A DNA stretch of 64,000 nucleotides from Methanothrix sp. (GTDB lineage: Archaea; Halobacteriota; Methanosarcinia; Methanotrichales; Methanotrichaceae). The stretch covers positions 1 through 64,000 of the forward strand of contig JBAXWY010000011.1 of the NCBI GenBank assembly GCA_037128175.1, read 5' to 3'. The position numbers and the translations under genes are program-made. Under the pieces are notes generated by a model, which was not told the origin of the DNA, did no database searches, and was given only the letters and a program-made list of their open reading frames with translations. Every line of letters starts with the position of its first letter. The first letter of the stretch is position 1. Shown piece by piece: positions 31,322-40,842 of this stretch.

Positions 31322-32773
31322 TCATCGCACCCTATTTCTGATCATCAAGGAAATGACCAGGGCCATCAGAGAGGCCACAATTCCCAGCAAAACTGCATGG
31401 TGAAAGCCCAAGGCGATTATCTGGGAAGATGCGTGATGTACAGAGGCATCGCCCTGGGTCGTAGCGCTGAAAACGGTCTCGAATAGGGCAATCCCTAATA
31501 CTACTCCCATGTCCCGAGAGGTCATCATAATGCTTGAAGCCAGTCCTTGCTCTTTGGGACACTGGCCCAGTACTATGCTGAGTGTGGGTGGTGCATACAT
31601 ACCGTAGCCTATTCCCATCAGTACCAGGGCAAGGGGAAGCATTATTCTTTGGGAACCGCTCGTGTCCAGGAGGAAGAATAGAAGGAAGGCCAGGAGGGTG
31701 CTGGCGGAGGCGGCCAGGCAGGCAAGTCCTGGACCCAGTCGGTCATAGATGGCTCCTCCAATTGGCGCCGATACTGCAGCAGCAATTGATGCGATCATCA
31801 AGAATAAGCTAGCGACAACTGTCGGGAATCCCAGACCCAGCTCCATATAAAAAGGCAGAACGAATAGGGCTCCCGCAAAGGCCAGCAGCATTAGCAGAGC
31901 CCCTATGTTAGGCAGGACGAAGTTTGGATTTTTGAAAAGATTCAGGTCAACTAAAGGTTGTGGATATCGCCTCTCTCTTATGAGAAATCCAATGGCGCAA
32001 AGAACGGCGAGAGAGAAGGCTCCTACTATCTGGTTAGATCCCCAACCAAGCTGTGTTCCCTGATTCAGACCGTAGATAACCAGGGCCAGACAAGCGAAGA
32101 TCAGGCTTGCCCCGATAAGGTCGAAGCTACCTTTGGTGCGGGGTAGATCACGGGGTAATACCTTATAGCCGATGAGTGCAGCCACAATACCTATTGGAGC
32201 GTTCACCAAAAAAATCCACCGCCATCCAAGGTAGACTGTGAGGAAACCGCCAATAACGGGACCTAGCGCCAGGCCAATGGAGGCGGAGGTTATTACGTAT
32301 CCCAGGGCTCTGCCTCTAATTGCCGTGGGAAGAAATGCTGAAATCATAGCCGGACCTACGGCTACTATTATTCCCCCACCTATTCCCTGAAGGATGCGAA
32401 AGAGGATTATCTCAGCAATCCCAGGGGCCAGGGCACAGAGAAATGAGCCGGTAGCGAAGATCAAGATCCCCCACAGGAAGATCTTTCTAAATCCCAGCAG
32501 GTCTCCCAGCCTGCCGAAGGCCAGAAGAAGGCTGGTTACAGTAAGAAAATAGGAGAGTATTATCCAGGATACCTCTCCCGTACCTACATCGAAGTACCGG
32601 GAGATGGTAGGCAAGGAGATATTGACTATTGTTGTGTCCAGGGTGGCCATAAACATTGATACACAGACGACTAACAGGATGAACGGGAAGGATTTCTCCT
32701 GGGTACGGGTATCGATGATCATGGCACTGTTTTCAATCCCAGCCGTGGCCGGCTCCTCAATTAAGCCGGCCAT
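31322..32773 (-). CDS. MFS DHA2 (EmrB/QacA-like) 14-TM exporter
   Basis: LDTTIVNISLP, GRLGDLLGFRK, GPVIGGFL..WRWIFLVNAPIG. Confidence 0.9.
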   Translation of the reverse strand: MAGLIEEPATAGIENSAMIIDTRTQEKSFPFILLVVCVSMFMATLDTTIVNISLPTISRYFDVGTGEVSWIILSYFLTVTSLLLAFGRLGDLLGFRKIFLWGILIFATGSFLCALAPGIAEIILFRILQGIGGGIIVAVGPAMISAFLPTAIRGRALGYVITSASIGLALGPVIGGFLTVYLGWRWIFLVNAPIGIVAALIGYKVLPRDLPRTKGSFDLIGASLIFACLALVIYGLNQGTQLGWGSNQIVGAFSLAVLCAIGFLIRERRYPQPLVDLNLFKNPNFVLPNIGALLMLLAFAGALFVLPFYMELGLGFPTVVASLFLMIASIAAAVSAPIGGAIYDRLGPGLACLAASASTLLAFLLFFLLDTSGSQRIMLPLALVLMGIGYGMYAPPTLSIVLGQCPKEQGLASSIMMTSRDMGVVLGIALFETVFSATTQGDASVHHASSQIIALGFHHAVLLGIVASLMALVISLMIRNRVR

Positions 32774-32805
32774 GGCCTTATAGATGATTGCGAATGCGTT
32801 CAGAC

Positions 32806-33390
32806 TTATATCGGTCCTTTAGGTCCTATATTTTGGTACGGGTAATAAGGGTAATCATCGATTACCAATAAGACAGCTCCGAATGTTTCAGGAATAGAAT
32901 TGTCGGCCCTGGAGAGCAGGTCCTTTGCCCATTCGGATTTAAATTCGTAATCATTTAGGATCGACGCCGTGTAAATCAGTGTGCCCTTTGTCTCATCATA
33001 CAGGGGCATGGTCAGCTCCACCACAATCATGTCACTATCTTCTTCTCCATCTCTGAGCATCACCGCGGCATTGGGTGGGTCTCTTGCATCAAAGTTGAAT
33101 CCATTAATGAACTGCTTCATCTCTGCAAACCCGGCATCCCTAGCAGGACGATCTGAGAAGTAAACGGTATACGGAATTACTCCTGTTATTGTCAGCGTGT
33201 AGTTGCCCGACCCGTCCTTCACAAAACTACCGTTTGTCCCTTCCTGTAGGAAGATATAGGTGGTTGTTTCGTTCTCAATAGCATTCTCTGCGGCTGCAAC
33301 ACCGGTATCATTCACACCCGCCTCAGTGCCGGATACTATTCCTGCCAATGCCAAATAGCATAGCATCGAGATCAAAATTGCGCATTTCAT
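32806..33390 (-). CDS. Secreted FSDRP-motif protein, paralog C (Cys-free tail)
   Basis: Signal peptide, FLQEGTNGSF..YFSDRPARDAG..PPNAA..VIDD, then YPYYPYQNIGPKGPI; GGAGG RBS. Confidence 0.8.
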   Translation of the reverse strand: MKCAILISMLCYLALAGIVSGTEAGVNDTGVAAAENAIENETTTYIFLQEGTNGSFVKDGSGNYTLTITGVIPYTVYFSDRPARDAGFAEMKQFINGFNFDARDPPNAAVMLRDGEEDSDMIVVELTMPLYDETKGTLIYTASILNDYEFKSEWAKDLLSRADNSIPETFGAVLLVIDDYPYYPYQNIGPKGPI

Positions 33391-33608
33391 ATGACACGCC
33401 TCCGTCCAACTCATTTAAGGTTACTACTATTTTAATCGTTGATAATTATGAACATATATGTCTTATGCTGTGCAAGGTAGGAGCAAGAAGGAGTTTCAGG
33501 AGCTGCTGAAATGCCGGAAGCGTCTCGACTACTGCTCGGGGTAAAGCGGCAGGACTCGGTAGCTTGCACCGGCTGGGGGCAAGGAAAAAAAAGAATTATA
33601 GGTGAATT

Positions 33609-34235
33609 TCAGTTGCCACAACAACCGCCACAAGGTCTACAGAAATATTCATGCCAGCAGCTATCACTCCATTTTGAGTCACACGTTCCATAGGGTATAC
33701 AGGGACAGTCATCAATCACAAGGAGCACCTTTCCGAACGTCTCTGGAATAGACTTATCAGCCCGGATGAGCAGGTCTTTTGGCCACTCGGATTCAAACGC
33801 ATAATCGTCGAGGAGCTTCGCCGTATATGTCAGCTTATGGTTTGTCTCATCATACTGGGGCATGGTCAGCTCCACCACGACCATATCGTTCGTTTCATCA
33901 CCCTCTTCGATCATTATCGCAGCATTGGGCGGGTTATTGGGATCAAAGCTGAATCCATCGAGGAACTGCTTCATCTGTGCAAACCCGGCATCCCTTGCAG
34001 GACGGTCTGAGAAGAATACGGTATACGGAATCATTCCTGTGATGGTCAAAGTATAGTTTCCCGACTCGTCTTTCACAAAACTACCGTTAGTTCCTTCCTG
34101 GAGAAAGATGTGGGTTGATGTCTCATTCAAAATAGCTTCCGCGGCACCGGTCTGATTCGCAGATGTCTCAGTGCCGGATACAGCTCCGATCCAAGCCAAA
34201 CAACACAATATCGAAATTGATACAATCCATTTCAT
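33609..34235 (-). CDS. Secreted FSDRP-motif protein, paralog B (8-Cys tail)
   Basis: Same body; tail CPCIPYGTCDSKWSDSCWHEYFCRPCGGCCGN. Confidence 0.8.
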   Translation of the reverse strand: MKWIVSISILCCLAWIGAVSGTETSANQTGAAEAILNETSTHIFLQEGTNGSFVKDESGNYTLTITGMIPYTVFFSDRPARDAGFAQMKQFLDGFSFDPNNPPNAAIMIEEGDETNDMVVVELTMPQYDETNHKLTYTAKLLDDYAFESEWPKDLLIRADKSIPETFGKVLLVIDDCPCIPYGTCDSKWSDSCWHEYFCRPCGGCCGN

Positions 34236-34280
34236 ACCATTCACCTCTCCTTCTTACGTGCTCAGGATTATACAGAGCCC

Positions 34281-34910
34281 TTAGCAGCAGCTACCACACT
34301 TACGACAGCCAACTTCTTTCGCATTCCAGCAGCTGTTTTGCCACCACGAATTGCAGTAATGCAATGCGGGCACACAGGGACAGTCGTCAATTACGAGCAA
34401 GACCTTTCCAAAAGTCTCCGGAATCGCTTTATCAGCCCTGATGAGCAGGTCCTTTGCCCATTCGGATTCAAACGCATAATCATCGAGTTTCTTTGCCTTG
34501 TATGTCAGCTTGTGGTTTGTCTCATCGTACTGGGGCATGGTCAACTCCACCACGACCATATCGTTCTCTTCGTTGCCCTCTTGGAGCATTACCGCAGCAT
34601 TGGGCGGGTTATTGGGATCAAAGCTGAATCCGTCGAGGAACTGCTTCATCTGTGCAAAGCCAGCATCCCTAGCAGGACGGTCCGAGAAGTAAACAGTATA
34701 CGGAATCACTCCTGTGATGGTCAGCGTGTAATTGCCCGACTCGTCCTTCACAAAACTGCCGTTCGTTCCCTCCTGGAGAAAAATGTGGGTTGATGTCTCA
34801 TTCTCAATAGCTTCCAAGGTACCGGTCTGATTAGCATCTGCCTCTGCACCAGACACGGCCCCAATCCAAGCTAAACAACATAGCATTAAGATTGAAATAG
34901 CCCATTTCAT
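34281..34910 (-). CDS. Secreted FSDRP-motif protein, paralog A (8-Cys tail)
   Basis: Same body; tail CPCVPALHYCNSWWQNSCWNAKEVGCRKCGSCC. Confidence 0.8.
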   Translation of the reverse strand: MKWAISILMLCCLAWIGAVSGAEADANQTGTLEAIENETSTHIFLQEGTNGSFVKDESGNYTLTITGVIPYTVYFSDRPARDAGFAQMKQFLDGFSFDPNNPPNAAVMLQEGNEENDMVVVELTMPQYDETNHKLTYKAKKLDDYAFESEWAKDLLIRADKAIPETFGKVLLVIDDCPCVPALHYCNSWWQNSCWNAKEVGCRKCGSCC

Positions 34911-35127
34911 ACGACACACCTCTGTCAACCTTACACAAGGTTACTCCTATGAGTAATATAAGGTTTCATCATTCTATACCTATATATATTGTGCTGTGTG
35001 AAATGTGGCGGTGCCGGGCATCAAGACCAAAAAGGATACAGTCGTTAAAGGAGAATCTGAATGAGTCAAATCGATTCTCGAAATTAGCAGTTGTGTTCAC
35101 CAATATTTAATAATACTATTAGGACCA

Positions 35128-37251
35128 GTGTCAATTATCCAGAGCGAAAAAATGAAAATAACTGGCTATACCCCATATGCAAATATGATCATAATGGCAT
35201 TAATAGTATGCCTCCTAATCCATTATAACTTGCTATCCCCTGCTGTTTATGGTTTAGATGCAGATGATAATTCAAGTATCAATTATGAGAGAGAAAATCT
35301 GAAATTTGATGCAATCGAGAGCGTGAATGGAACTGGATTCACAAACGTAAGACAGAGTATGGATAATTCAGAGAGCGCAATATTATACATCCGAAAGATG
35401 GGCAGCGGTTCCTATTCGAGCAGCGGCATATCCGAATACAATTCCGTAAACGAGAGCGAAGAGAACGATGACCAGGATAGCGAGATTAGTGAGGATGATT
35501 TCTTCGATGGCTATCCTGATTACAACTTAATATCTTTGAAAAATGCAAATCATTCGGCGGCCTATACTAGAACCTCCCTGTCTCTGCCTCACCAGCGAAC
35601 TCTGCATTTTGATGCCAGATGGTCTGATGTCACAATTGGCTCCAGCATTGAGTCGGATACGTCTTTTCTGGACTGCATCAGGTATGCCACAAAAATAAAC
35701 AAGACTGCAAATCTGATTATTGACGATACCGATGCGCATTTCGAATCTGCTGCAAAATTTCGGGGAACGGCAGATATTCGGTATCAATCGCAGATCAGCA
35801 ATTATCATGAAATATATAGCGGGACGGTGGAGGTCTCTCATGATATCTCTTCTAATGAGTCTGTTTCTTCAGCTACGGGATTAGGTTTCGCTGATATCGA
35901 CAAAAAGATAAGCCGTAACGGAGTTCTGAGGACCTACGAGAAAGGCAGCGGCAATTTTTCCCTTGATGAGATTATAAATCCGGAAGAAGACTATATCGCC
36001 ATGAACCTCAAAGTAGCATATTTGCCCGCAAATCTCGATGTTAATGCAAAGAATTCCCTGAATATATCGGCAAAATGGAGAGCGGGATTAATCACCAAAG
36101 AGAAGGATGTAGGACAGATAAGCGAGAGATTTACAAACCTGGTGGCGATGAAGAAGAATACGACCATTCCTCGACTCGTCAGTGTCCAAACAGAGGCTGA
36201 TTTCTCAGGCAAGGGCGAATTCATGATGTCAGCAGAGAATCTTACAAGCATCGAGGAATACACAGGTAATTACACTATTCGAAGGAATGCGACCATCGAG
36301 ATATTCCCGATATACAGAAAACCGCATATTTCAGTAACCGAGATTGCGCATCTCGATTCCATTGGCTGCAGAATCGCTACCTATAACATAACAGTTCTGA
36401 ACGATGGAAATAAAGAAGTTGGGCCGATCTATGTTCATGATACATTTCCGGTAGGCACCTCCTTCATAGAGTCCTCAGCTATGCCCATCGCAAAGACCTC
36501 GCGCCACGCAAACTGGTCCATCGATCACCTACTATCCGGCGAGTCAACCAGCATCGAACTGGTTTTGGGAATTGAAAGTCGTGTCGAGAAGCTCACCAAC
36601 CGGGTAAAGGCCACCGGTTACTATCTGGACGAAGAGGATGAGCTGCTTAGTACTAAATCGCAATACAATTCAACAATCCGTGTTAATCCGAGTGCATGCA
36701 ATTATAGCGCAGTATCCGTCTTGATGAGGGCCACCAAGGATCCTGCCTATCCCAGCCGAATAAACTACAGCGTTACCATCCAGAACAACAGAGCAAGCCG
36801 CTTGAATCTTGATCTCACCTGCATGCTACCCTCGGGCGCAATGCTATTGGATACGCCGGAAAAGCCGGAGAAAATCGAGGCGAATAATCTAACCTGGTCC
36901 TTTTACTTGGAATCAGGAAAGAGGAAAACGATAAGCTACAAAGTGGACGCCAAGGGATGCGGAATAATCCTGAGCAGGGCAATTATTCAGGCAAAGTCGG
37001 AAGATGGGAAGGTGCAATTTGCCGGGGGGAGTAACATAACTGTATTTGTGCGAAATTCCAAGGACATATTTGTCGAAAGGGTCATTGACGACTGGCTGCC
37101 TGGAGGTTTGATTGAACTGCCGGGAACGATTTATGGAAACACTCCATGTCCATGCGCCTTGAATCCGAATGAGACGAGAATTGCGCCTCTGCCGAAAGTC
37201 GAATTGGTTCATGCAAATCGTGGATACGATCCAGACCTATCTTGTTGCTGA
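35128..37251 (+). CDS. Secreted DUF11-domain surface protein
   Basis: N-terminal TM/signal, repeated GSG.(Y/F)S units, YNITVLNDGNK..VHDTFPVGTSFIES, C-terminal CPC..CC. Confidence 0.65.
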   Translation: MSIIQSEKMKITGYTPYANMIIMALIVCLLIHYNLLSPAVYGLDADDNSSINYERENLKFDAIESVNGTGFTNVRQSMDNSESAILYIRKMGSGSYSSSGISEYNSVNESEENDDQDSEISEDDFFDGYPDYNLISLKNANHSAAYTRTSLSLPHQRTLHFDARWSDVTIGSSIESDTSFLDCIRYATKINKTANLIIDDTDAHFESAAKFRGTADIRYQSQISNYHEIYSGTVEVSHDISSNESVSSATGLGFADIDKKISRNGVLRTYEKGSGNFSLDEIINPEEDYIAMNLKVAYLPANLDVNAKNSLNISAKWRAGLITKEKDVGQISERFTNLVAMKKNTTIPRLVSVQTEADFSGKGEFMMSAENLTSIEEYTGNYTIRRNATIEIFPIYRKPHISVTEIAHLDSIGCRIATYNITVLNDGNKEVGPIYVHDTFPVGTSFIESSAMPIAKTSRHANWSIDHLLSGESTSIELVLGIESRVEKLTNRVKATGYYLDEEDELLSTKSQYNSTIRVNPSACNYSAVSVLMRATKDPAYPSRINYSVTIQNNRASRLNLDLTCMLPSGAMLLDTPEKPEKIEANNLTWSFYLESGKRKTISYKVDAKGCGIILSRAIIQAKSEDGKVQFAGGSNITVFVRNSKDIFVERVIDDWLPGGLIELPGTIYGNTPCPCALNPNETRIAPLPKVELVHANRGYDPDLSCC

Positions 37252-37369
37252 TTGCGTGACTTCCTATTCATCTTGTATCTTCGTTCGAAATCCTCTAATA
37301 GTAACAGACGATAATTATGATAGATCTATTTAAAAAAAAGGAGGGTTTGATATCAAACAATCTACTATT

Positions 37370-39166
37370 ATGATTAGAACAGTTTGTGCCATCTGCATCA
37401 TTTTGGCTCTTTCTATTCCGGTGTTAGGATGCACGACATTTGGCATAACCAAATCTGCTTCAGCCGATGGATCTGTTTTTGTGGGGCACAGCAACGATGG
37501 CTTTGGACCGGCGGATATTGCCGGCATCATCAAAGAGGATGTGGTGACGTTCTCCTATGTCCCTGCTCAGAATTTCACGCCAGGGTCAAAGCGTCCCATT
37601 CCCTATGATCCAAACAGCGGCGGAGAATTCCGGGGAAGCGGCGCGACATCGGATGTTGATGAGATTATCATTGGCAATATCAGTCAGGTGAATCATACCT
37701 ATGGCTACCTTACCGGCTCGTATGGGATGATCAACGAACATCAGCTTATGTCTGGAGAATGTACGGATTACGCGAAAATCCACCCGGATGCAGAGCAAGG
37801 CAAACGGATCTTTTACAGTTCGGAACTGTCAAACATTGCATTGGAGCGATGCAAGACTGCCAGAGAAGCAGTTGAATTAATAGGATCACTAATCGATGAG
37901 TACGGATACTACGGGACGGGGGAGACACTGATCTTTGGAGATACAACCGATGTCTGGGTTATAGAGATGTGCGGAGGGACACCATCAGGCACTGGTGGAT
38001 ACTGGGTAGCACAGCGCGTTCCAGACGGCCAGGTTTTCGTTGCCGCTAACGAGTTTCGAATCAGGGAAATCGAGGCCAATAATCCCGACCAGATATTTTC
38101 TAAGAATCTATTTAGCGATGCTGAGAAGATGGGATGGTGGAATCCTGACAACGGCTCCCTTGACTGGACGATAACCTTTAGCGCCGGCGAGTATTCTCAT
38201 CCATATTATTCCCTTGGCCGGGTATGGCGCATCTTCGACAAAATCGCACCCTCGCAAAATCTGTCTCCCTATGTGGAAGGACCTTTCACCACTACCTATC
38301 CCTTCTCTATAGTCCCGGACAGGCTGATCAATATCACGGAGGCGTTAAATCTCTACCGGGATCATTATGAGAGTACCGAATTTGATCTGACAATGCCGCC
38401 TGCCGGAGGGCCATTTGGCAATCCGTACCGAAGCTGGGGACCCTACGATTCGCATGACCGGTTAAATCCGGGTGAACTCAAGCCTGGAGCCTGGCCAAGG
38501 CCCATCTCCACCGATCCATGCGGCTACTCGTATGTAGCTCAGGCGAGAGATTGGATGCCGGACTGTATTGGCGGAATATGCTGGCTTGGGCTCTCTTCAC
38601 CTGCGGAGACCTGCTACGCGCCATTTTATGCTGGAATCACAAAGCTTCCTGCTCCATATCTGAATGGATCGCATTGGGATTTTGACTTAGATACTGCATT
38701 CTGGCCTTTTGAGATGGTGCAGAATTGGGCCAGACTGATGTATGTGGAGATGATTCCAGTCATCAAGGCAGAACAGGTGCGTCTCGAGGGCGGTGCACTT
38801 GCTCGGCAAGCAGACATTGAGCTGCAGGCTGGGGATCTATACAAGAAAGACGAGTTCTTAGCTCGTGCATTTCTGACAAATTATACGAATTCCACGTCGA
38901 TAGAGAACCTCGAGAGCTGGAAGGTGCTCTTTGAAAAACTGGTTGTCACCTATCGCAATGGGCAGTATAACGATGTTCAGAATCAGACGATAACGAATAT
39001 AGGTTATCCCGATTGGTGGCTTGAGTATGCAGAGTACCAGTATGGTCCGAGAGTATATGATGTCCAATCCCTGCGGGAGATTCCAGGAGTCAAGTATTCC
39101 GGCAAAACCGTAAATATCACCTCAATGGATCCCATCGCCTATATTAGGGAGAACCAAACCAAATAA
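37370..39166 (+). CDS. Secreted C69-family (Ntn-hydrolase) dipeptidase
   Basis: Signal peptide followed by CTTFGITKSASADGS..HSND; MINEHQLMSGECT; ALERCKTAREAV; WVAQRVPDG. Confidence 0.85.
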   Translation: MIRTVCAICIILALSIPVLGCTTFGITKSASADGSVFVGHSNDGFGPADIAGIIKEDVVTFSYVPAQNFTPGSKRPIPYDPNSGGEFRGSGATSDVDEIIIGNISQVNHTYGYLTGSYGMINEHQLMSGECTDYAKIHPDAEQGKRIFYSSELSNIALERCKTAREAVELIGSLIDEYGYYGTGETLIFGDTTDVWVIEMCGGTPSGTGGYWVAQRVPDGQVFVAANEFRIREIEANNPDQIFSKNLFSDAEKMGWWNPDNGSLDWTITFSAGEYSHPYYSLGRVWRIFDKIAPSQNLSPYVEGPFTTTYPFSIVPDRLINITEALNLYRDHYESTEFDLTMPPAGGPFGNPYRSWGPYDSHDRLNPGELKPGAWPRPISTDPCGYSYVAQARDWMPDCIGGICWLGLSSPAETCYAPFYAGITKLPAPYLNGSHWDFDLDTAFWPFEMVQNWARLMYVEMIPVIKAEQVRLEGGALARQADIELQAGDLYKKDEFLARAFLTNYTNSTSIENLESWKVLFEKLVVTYRNGQYNDVQNQTITNIGYPDWWLEYAEYQYGPRVYDVQSLREIPGVKYSGKTVNITSMDPIAYIRENQTK

Positions 39167-39229
39167 ATTTTTTTAATCGAAGATCTTTGAGTTATGTGAT
39201 CGATCGTAAAAGTCCCGGGTGATCTGCCA

Positions 39230-39281
39230 CGCGGACACGCGCGCGTGCGGGCTCCCGCCGGGACGTGCGCGTGTGTCCGCG
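39230..39281. other. GC-rich long hairpin between the C69 peptidase and tgt
   Basis: 39230-39247 pairs with 39264-39281 (18 bp including three G-U pairs). Confidence 0.5.
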
Positions 39282-39403
39282 CGGCCCTGATCTCGGGAAG
39301 AGCCGGGCCGGAGTAAACAGCTTTTCGGGCGCTGGATTTTGGTAACGGCGGCATTTCGTTTTTACTATTGGCGGATAATTATAACCATACAACTAACGAT
39401 TTC

Positions 39404-39442
39404 ACCACAGAGGCGCAGAGCACTCGGAGGACGAACGGACGG
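39404..39442 (+). repeat. Dispersed 39-bp intergenic repeat, copy 2
   Basis: 35/39 identical to 11860-11898. Confidence 0.6.
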
Positions 39443-39599
39443 GGACGACTATTGCTAAGAGACAGTGCGCTTTTTTCAAGCTTGGCATATTTCGCTCATC
39501 TAGCTTTTTCGGATGCATGTCAAAATGGTCCTGTGCAAGTCATGCAAAAGCTTTTTCCGCCCGCTGGCTGCAAAGGAGGCCTCGGCAGGATAACAATAA

Positions 39600-40841
39600 A
39601 TGAGCGCAATATCTTTTGAGATCTTAAGGCAGGATAAAGAGACACATGCCAGGCTGGGGCTGATTAAAACCAGACGAGGAGATATAGAAACGCCCTACCT
39701 GGTTCCTGTGGCAACAATGGGCAGCGTGAGAGCTTTGGGCTCCGACGATCTGCAGAGTTTAGGCGTGCAGTGCACCCTTGCCAATACCTACCATCTTCAC
39801 CTGAATCCGGGCGATGAGCTGATCGCAAGGTTCGGTGGGCTGCACCGGTTCATGGGGTTTGACCGGCCCCTGTTCACCGATTCCGGCGGCTTTCAGGCAT
39901 TTTCCTTAGGCTTTGCCAGAGAGCATAACATCAGCAAGATCGGCAACATCTTCCCGCAAGATTACAGAAAAAAATATGATGATAGGGAAAACGAAACCGA
40001 GGGGCCTAAGGCGGCGAAGAAGGAGAATTTGACCAAGATCACAGATGAGGGCATCTCCTTCAAGTCCCTTGCCGACGGAGCCTGGCATTTTTTGAACGCA
40101 GAAAAGTCGATGAAGATTCAGTCCAATCTTGGAACAGATATCATCATGGCATTTGATGAATGCACTTCCCCCCTCTCGGATTACGATTACACCAAGAAAG
40201 CAATGCATAGGACCCATAATTGGGCGGAAGAGTCCATTCGATACCACGATAAAAATCAAGCTCTTTATGGCATAATTCAGGGAGGATGGTTTGATGACTT
40301 AAGAAAGGAAAGCACACAGGCCATCTCTGAAAAGCCTTTTGACGGCATCGCCATTGGAGGCTCGCTGGGGAACAGCAAGCAGGATATGCATCAGGTCCTG
40401 GACTGGACCATTCCCAGACTGGATGACGACCGGCCGCGCCATCTCTTAGGCATAGGCGAAATCGACGACATATTTGAATGCGTGGCGCGAGGAATCGATA
40501 CCTTCGACTGCGTCTCTCCCACCAGAATCGCTCGTCGAGGAAGCCTCTTGCTCTCGCCGCAGGCGGGTGGATCGCAGGAGAACAAGTTCCACATAAATAT
40601 CAAAAATTTGCAATTCAAAGAGGACTGCCGGCCCGTCGATCCCAACTGCTCCTGCTCGACCTGCCGCACCTACTCCCGAGCCTACCTTCGCCATCTTTAT
40701 GTCTCCCGGGAGCTGTCCTACTTCCGGTTGGCCACGCTTCACAATCTCCATTTTATGCTCCGCTTCATGGAAGATATCAGGGAAAGCTTAAGAACAGGGA
40801 CATTTGCGCAGCTGAAAGAAAAATGGCTGACAAAGATTTAA
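39600..40841 (+). CDS. tgt: Bacterial-type tRNA-guanine(34) transglycosylase
   Basis: LANTYHL, FTDSGGFQ, MAFDEC, GIIQGG, RPRHLLGIG, DTFDCVSPTR, CSCSTC..LATLHNL zinc site; no archaeal C-terminal PUA extension. Confidence 0.9.
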   Translation: MSAISFEILRQDKETHARLGLIKTRRGDIETPYLVPVATMGSVRALGSDDLQSLGVQCTLANTYHLHLNPGDELIARFGGLHRFMGFDRPLFTDSGGFQAFSLGFAREHNISKIGNIFPQDYRKKYDDRENETEGPKAAKKENLTKITDEGISFKSLADGAWHFLNAEKSMKIQSNLGTDIIMAFDECTSPLSDYDYTKKAMHRTHNWAEESIRYHDKNQALYGIIQGGWFDDLRKESTQAISEKPFDGIAIGGSLGNSKQDMHQVLDWTIPRLDDDRPRHLLGIGEIDDIFECVARGIDTFDCVSPTRIARRGSLLLSPQAGGSQENKFHINIKNLQFKEDCRPVDPNCSCSTCRTYSRAYLRHLYVSRELSYFRLATLHNLHFMLRFMEDIRESLRTGTFAQLKEKWLTKI

Positions 40842-40842
40842 A

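Noticed and set aside
39440-39600. preQ1 riboswitch upstream of tgt-yhhQ
   Set aside because: No recognisable preQ1-I stem with A-rich tail seen by eye; an Rfam scan would be needed to exclude other classes
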